Shown here one piece after another: positions 1 to 10,731 of a DNA stretch of 64,000 nucleotides (the first letter of the stretch is position 1; each line of letters starts with the position of its first letter). Made by a program: the position numbers and the translations under genes. The DNA lies in the NCBI GenBank assembly GCA_010015805.1, contig ML978121.1, forward strand, positions 3,968,001 to 4,032,000, in the 5' to 3' direction. The notes below the pieces were generated by a model that saw nothing but the letters and a program-made list of their open reading frames with translations, made no database searches and had not been told where the DNA came from. The stretch comes from Rhizodiscina lignyota. Its lineage: Eukaryota.

Positions 1-3000
1 TTCGGTGGTACAGATGGCACGAGATGGTTCAACGACGTATGGACTTATGACCCGCGAACGAACCAATGGAGCGAGCTGGACTGCATCGGGTATATCCCAG
101 CCCCACGAGAAGGCCACGCTGCCGCCCTGGTCGACGACACCATGTATATATTCGGTGGACGCGTTCAGGACGGATCTGACCTGGGTGATTTGGCCGCTTT
201 TCGGATATCATCACGACGCTGGTACATGTTCCAAAACATGGGCATGTCACCGTCTGCACGATCAGGACATAGCATGACGGCGTTTGGGAAACACATCGTT
301 GTGCTGGGTGGGGAACCTAGCTCGGCGCCTCATGATCCAAAGGAGTTGAGTCTATCTTATGTCTTGGATACATCTAAGATACGCTATCCTCCTAGCGAAG
401 GGCAGCCGCAGGGCTCGTCTGGCAGCGAAAGGGTCCCACCAGCCCGTAAATTCAGCAACAGCGACCGCTCGACCGCAATACCCATCAAACAAGGCGCACC
501 CGGACCGGGCGGCCCACTAGGGCCACTAGGACCACCATTCCCCAGAAATCAAGACGTCGCAATAGCACGCCCCGGCACAGCACCAGCAGGTTCTGGCCCG
601 CCACCAACCCAACAAGCCCCCCAACCACGTCCGAACGGCGTCATCCAAGAACCGCCCAAGCCAAAGAAGTCTCAATCTCAGAAACCTCTAAGAGGCCCCA
701 ATGGCATCACCTCCCCCTTCGGCCGCTCTAACTCTGTCGACTCCACCGAACCCACTGAAAACCCAGCAGCTGCCGCAGCCATCACGCGCGCAATGTCCCC
801 GCGCGGCCGCACCCCCAGTGAAGAACGCCACCCCTCCATTAAACGCACCAAATCACCTCCCCTCCGCCGTTCCCAAGACAACTCCCGCCCCAGCAGCGCC
901 ATGTCGCGCGCCGGCTCACGCGCCGCCCGCCAGCAAGGCTCAGTGTCCAGCATCGACCCCTTGGCACACGCACACGCTCGCGCAAGCGCCGGCTCCATCG
1001 ACGACACCCGGACCGCCTCTCGCACTGCTTCTCGAAGCACCGAGATCCTCGCTGTTGACAGCGGCATCGGCTCCTCGCCCGCTTTGTCACAGCAAAACGA
1101 CGAGTTGTTGAGAGAACTCGAGGCTGCCCGGGGGCGGAATGCGTGGTATGCAGGCGAGCTTGCGCTTGCGCGAAAGGCGGGGTATAACCCGTCTAGTTCG
1201 TCAGGGAATCAGATTCTTGATGAACGGGCAGCGGATATTTTTGGCGATGACGATCGGCCGCTTATCGAGGCGCTGTTGAGTATGCGCACTGAGCTGGGCA
1301 AGATGCAGGGCGCTATTGAAGCGCAGGCTGTTGAGGCGACGAATAAAGTTTCGGAGGCGGAGAAACAGAGGGATGCCGCGGTTAATGAGGCGATTTACGC
1401 AAAAGCGAAACTCGCGGCGCATGGTGGTGCAGGCGATGAAGCGTCGAACAGGGATTTGGTTGCCACACCCGATGCGGATCGCATTGCGGACGCGAATAAG
1501 CGCTTGGCCGCGAGTCTGAACGAGAAGAATGAGCTATCAACACGCCTGGCGAAGATTGAGCTGGAGATTGAGACGGAGAGAAGAGCGAGACATCTCGCAG
1601 AGGATACGGTCGAGGCAGCGGAGAAGCGCGTCGCAGAGCTCGATTCGTATCGCCAGCGCGCTGCAGGCGAGCTAGAGAGCCTAAGAGCAGAACTGCACGA
1701 GGCTGAAAGAGCCGCGAGGGAAGAGGCGGCGAATTGCGCAGAGGCCGTGTCGAAACATCGCTTGCTGGAGGTCGATCATTCCGAGCTGGCTGCGAAACAT
1801 GCTGTCCTGGACGAGGGCGCGAGAGATCACGCGACCGTCATGGAGAATCTGCGCGAGGCAGTTAACACGAGTTCGGATAAGGCGAGCTTGTTGGAGACGA
1901 AATTGGCGGGGGAGAGGACGCACAGGGAAGAGCTTGAACAGCAGCTTTCTGTGCTGAGGGTTGAGCATGATAATCGCTCGACCGAGCTGGAGAGTGTTAC
2001 TAGGAGACTAAGAGATGCGGAAGAGCTTGCGGAGAAGCACGCTGCTGAAGCGAGAACGCATCGCGAAGCTGTGCTCAGCGGACTGAACAAAGCCTCAAGT
2101 CGCGCTCTCGAGGATCCAACACCGAATGACCAGCGCGTGGAGGTCTTGCAAGAGCAAGTCATCACCGCAAACGCGCTTGTGCGCAAGAATCAAGACGCGG
2201 CAGACACAGCGTCGGAGAAGCTGCGCAGAGCGGAAGAGCGTATTGCTGGATTGGAAGCGTACCAGGAGCAATCAAGCAGGGAAGGCTTGACCATCAGAAA
2301 GCAGCTCCAGATCGCGATGCGCGATGCCCAGGCGATGCAGGCCGACAAGAACGAGCTTCAGCAGCAGCTTGAGCGCCTTAGACTTGAGAGTAATGCCTTG
2401 GAAGTGCAGCTCAAGACCCTGAAGAACCTCCTCGACGAGCGTGGCGTCAGCGCTGCGGATCGTCGCTCACGCGCACTGGATAGTCCTAGCTTCAGGAACT
2501 TCGGCACCCCGGATCAGAACCGTGTAAGGGAACTGGAGCAACAATTGGATGCTAGCGCCAAGGCGCACGACGACCTGCGCCAGACATTCGAGCAGCGCGA
2601 GGCGGAGAATAGCCGTGAGTACGAGGCGAAGCTGGCGAATCTCGAGAACGACCATCAGGCTGCGGTTAAATATGTCCGCGGTATTGAGAAGATGCTTGCC
2701 AAAATGAAGCAGGAGCTCCAGCGCACAAAGTCTGCGAAAGACGAACTGGAGAAGGAGCTCGTTGGCCATAGAGCGGATGCGCAAGCGAGAGGAGTAGATG
2801 ATGAAGCTAAGGCCAACTGGGAGGCGGAGAGGGAGGCGCTGAGGAGGGAGATGGAGGAAGTGCAGGAGAGTCTGAGGACTTCGATTGCCGAGCTGGAGAA
2901 TCAGATCGAACAGCTTAAGACGTCGCTTGACGCGTCAGAGATGGAGCGTGAAAAGCTACAAGAGCAAGCGAAGACCGAGAGCGAGCAGCACACTCAACAA

Positions 3001-3666
3001 CTCACCGTGTTGCAGGAGCGCGCGCACGCCGACCTGGACCATGTGAGGCGCGAGAACGCAGTCCTAGCTGAGAGAGCAAAGGATGCGGAGAATAAGGTAC
3101 AGATGTTCCTCGACCAGTTTGAGTCTAGCGTCGATAACTACAGAAGACAGTCGCGCATGCCTGGTGCTGAGACGCCAAAGGTCAATGGGCACAGGACGCA
3201 TGAGAGTATTGGTGGAGAGAGCATGTACAGCACGACTACGACTAGCGATGAGACTGAGACGGAAGAGGATGATGACGACGATAATCTCACGGCGGGGCAA
3301 CTAACTCCTTCTGCGTCGCACCAGTTTCAACATTCGAGTATGGCCGTCGGTGGTGAGATGAAGCCTCCCACCTCGCCGACGGACATGGGAGCGACCCAGC
3401 AAGGGATGGGCCACATGCAGCATGCGCGCGACCGGTCGAGCACCGCTCTGGACAGTCTCGCCAGCGAGCTCGAGTCGCTGCGCACGCACTGGGAGACGAC
3501 GAATAAAAATTACCGCCTGAGCGATAAGTTTGACTTTGAGCGCACGCCGACCGGGCAGGGCGAGGATCTGGGCGAGAGTCTGGCGAGCTGGAGGAGGAAG
3601 TTGGATTTGGACGAGGCGGAGGAGAGGAAGGATGCGTTGGGTGTGAATGGTGGGGAGAAGATGTGA
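1..3666 (+). CDS. teaA: Kelch-repeat/coiled-coil cell-end marker protein (TeaA/Tea1/Kel1 family), 5' end cut by window edge
   Basis: Frame is open from base 1 (FGGTDGTRWFNDVWTYD...). Kelch repeats (YIFGG, VVLGG), a Pro/Ser-rich linker, a long coiled coil and C-terminal ALDSLASELESLRTHWETTNKNYRLS. Confidence 0.85.
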   Translation, partial: FGGTDGTRWFNDVWTYDPRTNQWSELDCIGYIPAPREGHAAALVDDTMYIFGGRVQDGSDLGDLAAFRISSRRWYMFQNMGMSPSARSGHSMTAFGKHIVVLGGEPSSAPHDPKELSLSYVLDTSKIRYPPSEGQPQGSSGSERVPPARKFSNSDRSTAIPIKQGAPGPGGPLGPLGPPFPRNQDVAIARPGTAPAGSGPPPTQQAPQPRPNGVIQEPPKPKKSQSQKPLRGPNGITSPFGRSNSVDSTEPTENPAAAAAITRAMSPRGRTPSEERHPSIKRTKSPPLRRSQDNSRPSSAMSRAGSRAARQQGSVSSIDPLAHAHARASAGSIDDTRTASRTASRSTEILAVDSGIGSSPALSQQNDELLRELEAARGRNAWYAGELALARKAGYNPSSSSGNQILDERAADIFGDDDRPLIEALLSMRTELGKMQGAIEAQAVEATNKVSEAEKQRDAAVNEAIYAKAKLAAHGGAGDEASNRDLVATPDADRIADANKRLAASLNEKNELSTRLAKIELEIETERRARHLAEDTVEAAEKRVAELDSYRQRAAGELESLRAELHEAERAAREEAANCAEAVSKHRLLEVDHSELAAKHAVLDEGARDHATVMENLREAVNTSSDKASLLETKLAGERTHREELEQQLSVLRVEHDNRSTELESVTRRLRDAEELAEKHAAEARTHREAVLSGLNKASSRALEDPTPNDQRVEVLQEQVITANALVRKNQDAADTASEKLRRAEERIAGLEAYQEQSSREGLTIRKQLQIAMRDAQAMQADKNELQQQLERLRLESNALEVQLKTLKNLLDERGVSAADRRSRALDSPSFRNFGTPDQNRVRELEQQLDASAKAHDDLRQTFEQREAENSREYEAKLANLENDHQAAVKYVRGIEKMLAKMKQELQRTKSAKDELEKELVGHRADAQARGVDDEAKANWEAEREALRREMEEVQESLRTSIAELENQIEQLKTSLDASEMEREKLQEQAKTESEQHTQQLTVLQERAHADLDHVRRENAVLAERAKDAENKVQMFLDQFESSVDNYRRQSRMPGAETPKVNGHRTHESIGGESMYSTTTTSDETETEEDDDDDNLTAGQLTPSASHQFQHSSMAVGGEMKPPTSPTDMGATQQGMGHMQHARDRSSTALDSLASELESLRTHWETTNKNYRLSDKFDFERTPTGQGEDLGESLASWRRKLDLDEAEERKDALGVNGGEKM

Positions 3667-4823
3667 GTTGTTAAGACGGTTTCTTTGACTTTGAATACGG
3701 AGTGTGGAGTGAAGGGCATGGTATGCTTTTATGAATAAGACATTGGGATTCTCGAGAAATTAGGAGTACGCGGTACTGGGATGTCCTATTGCGCTGGATG
3801 GTCTTGCTTTGATCAATGTTGGCGGCTCGGTCGTTCGTTTCTTCAGAGTTTTATTTCTGCTTCTTCTGCTTGGACACGAGAGAGCCGCGAATGGCATCCA
3901 TGTACTACTAGTGTCTTTTGGTGTTCTACTACCTCCTCCCACATCGCGCTGGTGGGCTGGACATTTTTCACGATTGCTTGCTGGCTTTGGCTTTTTTCCT
4001 TTCTTTCTTGAACACGTTCGACTATTCGACTCATGGACTGGGAACAACGAAGTAATACCCCTCCCTGCTGTTTCTTGTTCATAGCATCCTCGGTGCGGAC
4101 ACTTTGACCTTCTTCCGTTTTCAATCATAGGGATAGGGCAGAGGCTTGGGCTTTTTGGCTAAGGTAGCAATGACAAGAAAGTTCTGCTCAGTTGGATGGT
4201 GTGTATACTTCCAGTTGCGGTCCACGTGGTGAAAATAATAGTTTCGATTGAGGTATTTAGGGGAGCGGACTACGCGTACTCGAATGTACAGTAGCTGTAG
4301 CCCGCGGAGCAAGAAAGCAAAATGTTGTCCTTGCTGTTTTCAAGCTATATCGTTTGACATTGGCATGGAACATTATTTGACACTCTTAAGATGTGCGAAC
4401 ATTTACGACTGCGACAAATTTCTTCCAGATGCGGAAATGTTTATCATTATCTGCTAGAGTCTTGGGAGCGAATTGATGTATACATAGTCCTGACTGATTG
4501 TGGTTTCCATCGTTCCTGGGAGACGTCTCAGAACATGCAGGTGTACTGGTTGGGATTAATAGGTGTAATTAAAGCAGAACGCTCGCGATAGCAAATACGT
4601 TCCGCGAACAGCGGTAGTGATTAAAGGTGAATTTGGAATCCGTGCACACTGCACAGACTCTACGTGTCAAAATCGATGGTCGTGATTGGAATTGGAAACC
4701 CGATGCATAATCAACAGTCAAGTTTACCCATATTCAAAACCGCGAACTCATAGTGGAAAGAAGATGAAGAAGGTACAATTCACTTGCCAAAAGAAAGAGA
4801 CCACAGGCGAAACTTACCCAGTC

Positions 4824-5150
4824 AGCTGGAATAACAGGTAAACATGTTTAAGTCAGGCAAGATACAAAAAGCAATCGACTAAATCACGGGGGAACATTCA
4901 AACCGCACAGGCTCTAAGCTACTAATTTTAACATGATAAAAGACTGAAGAAGTTTACGAGCCCAAAGCCATCTACATATTCAATTAGCGCAGAAGGATTA
5001 ATGCACCGAAGTGCATGGGATCAATGCCATCCATCCAATCAGCACTCAAGGATCAAAACACCAAAGTGCATGGGCTGAGGATCATCAATTCAATCGATAC
5101 AACCGCGTCAGAACACCAAAGTGGCCCGGCTCAAAATCACTAATTAAATC
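4824..5150. repeat. Degenerate ~55-bp tandem repeat (3 clear units, ~3 decayed)
   Basis: CACCRAAGTG core at 5004, 5059 and 5114 (exact 55-bp period). Clear units are 4986-5040, 5041-5095 and 5096-5150; weaker copies extend to ~4824. Confidence 0.75.
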
Positions 5151-5282
5151 AAAATCAAAAGTCCGAAGCTATAAATGCACGTGTTGAGCCATCCATTTGT
5201 CATTTGATTAAGACAGAAGCCTCCTCTTCAGTAGGGAGACTATGTAGTGTACACAATTTCGTTAATCATCAAGTACCCGGCC

Positions 5283-6512
5283 TCAGGCCCAAACCTGACG
5301 GTAATTCAGCAAGTCACGCTGTCCGAAGAGCTCACCGACTACCGTGAAGATCATATCCAGAGTGGCCTTGGTGTTGCCATCCGGGTATTCTTCTGCGTCA
5401 TCATCGCTACCCTCCTCGTCGTCATCTTCACTCATCTCCTCGTCCTCCTCATCCTCATCGTCGTCCTTGTTCTCCAACACTTCGCAAGCGCGCTTCATCA
5501 GCGTCCTAACATCGCTGACCTCGGGAGACGAAAGCATCGTCACTTCCGGAAGTGAAGCTAAGAGAGTCCAGATCCACACACTAAGCAGCTTCGGGACATT
5601 TTGCTTGAATTGGAGCCTCGCCTTGCACAAGGCGAGCAGACGGAAACGCTCTGGGAGGGGCATGGTAGAGAGTGGAGCGCGGTGAGGGTTACTGTTGGAG
5701 ATTATTTGCTCCCATTTGCGCTTGGTGCTGGAGTTGAATCTCGTGAGATGGTTTTTCGTTGCATCCTTTTCGGCCTGGCTTGGCTGCTGAAGGAGTCTCT
5801 TGCGGATGTAAAGAAAGCTTTGCTTCAGGTGCTCATGATACGCGTCTTGCAGCCGGTTGGAAGGGGGTGGTAGAGTAGGCCCAAGAACTGGAGCCGCCAT
5901 GTAGACGCCGTGGGAATAGAAGCCACCAGAAGGCTTCGTCTTGCCATACGGAGTGAAGTTTGCAGCAGAGGAGTAGTCTTCAGTGGCCTCAGCCTTCATG
6001 ACAAACGGCAGAGCATCAGCCTCTTCTCTGAAGACGGAGTTAGCTGGTGAAGAATTGGAGTGTCAGGGTTGGAGGTGCGGAGAGCACGAAGATATGTAAA
6101 GTAGGAAGGCATCTTACCTCACAGACTTGAGAAATAGCATCGCCTCTTTAGTAGACTCAGGGCCATCATCTTGCTCGCCGCCCTCGCCATCGTCGTCGTC
6201 CAGACCTGGCCACGCGAATCTTTGGCCAAAATGTTCGTCTCTTAAGGTCGCTGCAGGGAACACATTGACTTGTCTGATACTCCGCGAAGCGCGTTGGGGT
6301 CCTTGGGATCCGGACATCTCAGAGTCGGTAGGGTCTTCCTGCTCTTCTGAAGTATTATTGCCGTTTTCTTGATTGGTCTGGGCAAAGTTGTAGGAGCTTA
6401 CATGGTAGCGACTTTTCTTTCTCACTGGAGACCTCCCGCTGTCGGTAGTGTTGCCGTCTTCTTCAACTTCACCTTCTTCAAGTGCATCAATAGGCCGCTT
6501 CTCGTCAGCCAT
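5283..6512 (-). CDS. Gemin2/Brr1-like snRNP assembly factor; 2 exons (intron 6028-6117)
   Basis: Spliced EAMLFLKSVR|EEADALP and C-terminal WIWTLLASL...RTLMKRAC...LDMIFTVVGELFGQRDLL resemble Gemin2/SIP1 motifs. Intron is GTAAGA..GCTAAC..CAG. Confidence 0.65.
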
Positions 6513-6808
6513 GCATGCAACGGAGTGTGTGGTAGAAAGAGCTGAAGAGGTTGTTATAAAAGTTAGGCCTACTGATGTGGACGCTGCGCGCGACGCGCTA
6601 GGCTCTAGCGGGGTAGCTAGCGCCACAACGCGGCGCCACACCATCACTCGCCACTACACGCTCCACTCTTTGCGACTCCACCCGGACCTCTTCTCCACTG
6701 CATCTACATCCTCAAATTTGATGGCCGAAGTGAAAGAAGTACAAGAAACTCTCACAGCGATTGTCTCATCATTGTTTCGCTCACGACGCGCCCCCGAAGA
6801 ACCGAACC

Positions 6809-8247
6809 ATGGCATTGCAAACACTCCGAAAATGGGCCTCCCAGTCGTCATTATCGCTTCTGGGAAACCTCGGAAACGCTGTCGAAGTGGAAGAGCCTGA
6901 ACTGAAAGAGCCAGTTCATCTACCAGCAGAGATTATTCTCGAAATCCTGTCGTACCTCCCACTCACTCGACCCTCCACCCAAAGCACGCTCTTCAACGTT
7001 TGCCTCGTGAGCAATGACTGGTATCAAGTCGCAATCGCTCGCCTCTATTACCAACCCTACATCTCCGGAAAGAATTTCGATCTATTTGTACGGACAATTT
7101 GTCCCTCGATAAACGCTCATATCCGCAAGTCAGACCTTGCCGGGCTGGTCCACGTGCTGGATCTAAGCCGACTCGTCCACCATTCCACCAAATCCACAAC
7201 TGCTCGATTGCTCGGCCGGACGAAACCAAAGTTGATGTGGTTTCGAGCGCCTGCTAGCTCGTTTGGCTTGAATTGCTTTGCGGCACTTAGCAAGTGTAAG
7301 GAGCTACGAGCCCTGGATCTCTCGCTCGTCAACGATGCGATCTCAATGCATTCGCTAGCTCATTCTTTGAAGAATCTTGGTGAATTAAAGCGACTCTATC
7401 TCCCACGATCAACTCCACGGGTCGAAGGGTTCGAAGCCTCAAGTTTTATCTTTCCTCCTCACCTTAATGAGCTTGTTCTGCAAGGTGGTATCTCGGATAC
7501 CTTTGTAAAGGACCTGGCACAGCCATTGTTGCGATTAGGTGTCAACGACATATCACTTACTTTCAAGCACTGCCCTTATGTCACTTCCACTGGAATCAGC
7601 GATCTTCTCTCGCCGACACAACATGTACTGCACACTCTGAATGTCTCCCACGTACCCTCTCTAGATCGTCGACGTTTCCGCTCCCTTCTGAACTATGTCC
7701 TCCAGCTGTGTCCGCTCAAGGAGCTGAGCATATCCACGGATTACGTGACATGGGAGCTTGTGTGGCATAATGACCTGTTTCGTAAACTACTGGATCCGAT
7801 GCTCTTGGACGACCCTTATGACAATAGTACGACGCGCGATCTCCATCGTCTTGCCATCGACAAATGGAAAACAAGCGATTTCAAGAGGATAATTGAGAAG
7901 GGCAAGGGTCATCCTCTCCAAGTTCTTGAGCTTACGAGCTCGGGAAATCCAATACTGGACTCTGATGAAATGTTACGACCCGCAGGTAAGAACGATGCTG
8001 TACCACTACTTGACGCAGACAGAGTACTAAATGCCTCACAGAGATTGTTTTTGCGATAGATTGCGGTTACCTTGAGAATCTGCGACACATCGCAGTGTCC
8101 AATAACTGTGGTTGGGATAGAGACGCCTTCAAGTGGGAGATGAAGAAACTTGGGGAGCTCGTCTATGAACTTGCAGGGGAAGAGACGATAATCACCACGA
8201 ATGGTACCAATGAAGTCGATGTCGGCATATACACCTTTGATGACTAG
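6809..8247 (+). CDS. F-box / LRR-like protein; intron 7986-8041
   Basis: F-box LPAEIILEILSYL...VSNDWY followed by LRR-like segments. A GTAAGA..CTAAA..CAG intron restores the frame to TAG at 8247. Confidence 0.8.
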
Positions 8248-8604
8248 AGTACGAGATTCAGATCATGTACGGAGTAGCCAAGGATCCCGAACAACTCTGT
8301 GCTCCTGCTTCTTCGTCCTTCTACGAGCCTCGGCCTCCAGCAGCAATAGCTGGCTCTCCTTCCCTATTTTGTGTCTTTCATAAACCTCACATGCAAAGGT
8401 CTTCCTCCAAACGACCTGATTACTCCTACGCAAAGCTCCATTAGTCATCTGCCGTCTCCCGAACAAAAGGGCGCGTCTGCTCTCGGAGTTCTTTCCACAC
8501 GACGTCCTATTAAATGTCCGGCTCACACCACAACGCCAAGCTCTCTATTCATACAGCGCTTGTACCCAACCCCAGCGGACCTTACCCAACTACAGCTAAG
8601 AAAA

Positions 8605-9183
8605 ATGCCACTCTACGACATCGAGCACGTGACCCCACTCACAGCCCCCGAAAAGCAGGCCCTCGCAACCGCAATAACGGACCTGCATGCTAAGCGTTTC
8701 ACTACGCCGAAATGGTTCGTCAATGTGCGCTTCAACGATGCAAGCAATGTCGTCGTCTTCCGTGGCGGCGTCGAGAGGAGGTATAATAGACTTGTAATCC
8801 GCACGAGGCAGGGTGCTAGGAGTATAGAGAGCTACAATGAGCACTGTAGGGATATTGTGAACGCGTGGCGGAGGATTATGGAGGGCAATGGAAAGGGGGA
8901 GGCAGGCGTAGGGGACGAGAGAGGATTGAGGACGGTTTGGGTTACGCCGGTATTATTGACGGCGGTGGATGTGGGGGTTGCGAGGCCTGGGGTGAGTTGA
9001 ACGTTGCGCGTTTTCAGTTTGTGGTGAACGAAGGGAATCACTGATGAGGAACAGGTTGGTGAGGAGAAGAGTTGGGTGAAGCAGCATTGGAATGAGTTTG
9101 AGAGGATGGCGCAGGAAGGCGACGAGGATATGAAGATGTTGGTGGAGGAGTTGAAGGGGAGGGAGGAGTTTGTCATCGATTAA
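8605..9183 (+). CDS. Tautomerase-superfamily protein (cis-CaaD-like fungal family); intron 8992-9054
   Basis: N-terminal M-P-L-Y (Pro1) and AITDLHAKRFTTPKWFVNVRF. A GTGAGT..CTGAT..CAG intron gives RPG|VGEEKSWV... Confidence 0.75.
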
Positions 9184-9730
9184 GAATGGCTGTTGGAGAG
9201 TGATAACTGACGTGGTTAATTCTAATATGGTTGTATTGTTTGGAGAAGCTCGAACCTGACTGGAAGTGATATCACGGGAAGCGATCAAGTAGGCAAAATG
9301 GAAACCAACATACGATATGCAAGGAACTGAAATGCAGAAGAGTTTCTGCAATATTTAATTTCCAATAAAATTTGGAATATGGCTCTTCTATGACACTCGC
9401 CAGCATTGTTCTTTCCCTACTATGCCACTTCAGCCCTCATTGCCATGGACTTCGTACTCGACGGAATGCTTCCAATGCCTAGAAGATCCTCAATCGCAAT
9501 ATGATGAGCCGCATCATTGGACAATGGTCGTAGCCATGGCCTCTAGATATTACCTCAGACGCGACCTCCTCCTTCATGTTTGTGTGCAGACAAATGCCTG
9601 CGGAGTATTTCGTGTCTGATTTTAATCGCAGATCTCGAAGACGGCCAGGAGACAGCACCACGAGCGGATGACGACCATGATGAACATCCAATTCCTTAAG
9701 CGCAGTCCCCAGTTCAGCGTTTGTGACGCC

Positions 9731-10540
9731 TCATGATCCCAATTCCCGCAATGTCTTAGCAGCCAGCTTTTTCTGCTGGTCCAGAGTAAGTCTTTCTTGA
9801 TCTGTCTGCTGGAGTGCTTTGCCCACAGCCAGTGTCATCTTGACATCTCCGCCATCAACCCATAGTTTCCCGTTCCTCCCAACAGCCACCTCGAACCCAA
9901 TCTTTTCAGCCAGAGCCTCCAAAATCGTGACCGCCCCTCCTCCTTGTTCTGCGGGAAGCGGAACTTTACTCTCCGACAGTAATAGCCGCCTGCAGAAGCC
10001 CAGACTGACATCGAAGAGCATTCCGCCCTTCAATGGGCCTAATCCATCTGCCTTGCCGGACGATGCGGAGACGCACGAGAGTTCAGGATCCATGTCTCTG
10101 CTGGCGCTGCTTATGCGTGCATACACCAATGCGCCAGGAGCAAGTTGTGGACGCGTCTTTCGTGTCGCTGACTCGAATGCTAGTTGAGGGAGGTTCGCTT
10201 GGGCAGCATGAGGCGTGATGGTGCAGTGGTAGAAGTCTGAGGACGAACGAAGGACGGTTGCGATTACAAGGTCGTTCACGTGTGGAATATACTGCGGACT
10301 GGTCAATTGAACGATCAACGTTCAAATACTGGGATAATGTCTGACTCTGCCTCTGTTTGTTTCAATCCACAGCGCATTCTTGCGTGCATCGACAGTCAAT
10401 GTGCCAGAAACGGTGGCCCGCACGGAGGACGGAGGAGCATGGCGAAGACCTGGGCCAAGTACAAGCGGTTTATGGTTTCCTTTCGGTAATAGACTGCTCG
10501 GTACCTCATCACCGGGCAGGAGTAGTAGTGTGGACGTCAT
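9731..10540 (-). CDS. RRP40: Exosome complex component Rrp40; intron 10292-10345
   Basis: LLLPGD...LGPGL; spliced GR|YIPHVNDLVIATV; LAFESATRKTRPQL; FEVAVGRNGKLWV. Confidence 0.92.
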
Positions 10541-10731
10541 TCTCAGCTGCGGTGAACCGTTTTTGGCATATCGTGTTGTTGGTGTGAGAAGTTGATGACT
10601 CGGTGGAGAGATGATTCAGTGCTGCTTGAGAGCCCCACCTTGAATTTAAAGAGCTCACGCACACACCAAAAACACATATAACCACCCTTCGAGCCCCTTG
10701 AACCCCTTTCCCTTTGACTGCCCATCACAGT

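Noticed and set aside
3760..4600. Several short ORFs on both strands downstream of teaA
   Set aside because: No recognisable motif or consistent splice model. A decayed gene cannot be excluded.
4986..5150. CRISPR-like repeat-spacer reading of the 55-bp array
   Set aside because: Eukaryotic context, no cas genes, and the inter-core segments are similar to each other rather than unique spacers.
9495..9625. ATGATGA...CTGA resembling a C/D snoRNA
   Set aside because: No convincing terminal stem or recognisable rRNA guide. The ATGATG simply pairs with a nearby CATCAT.
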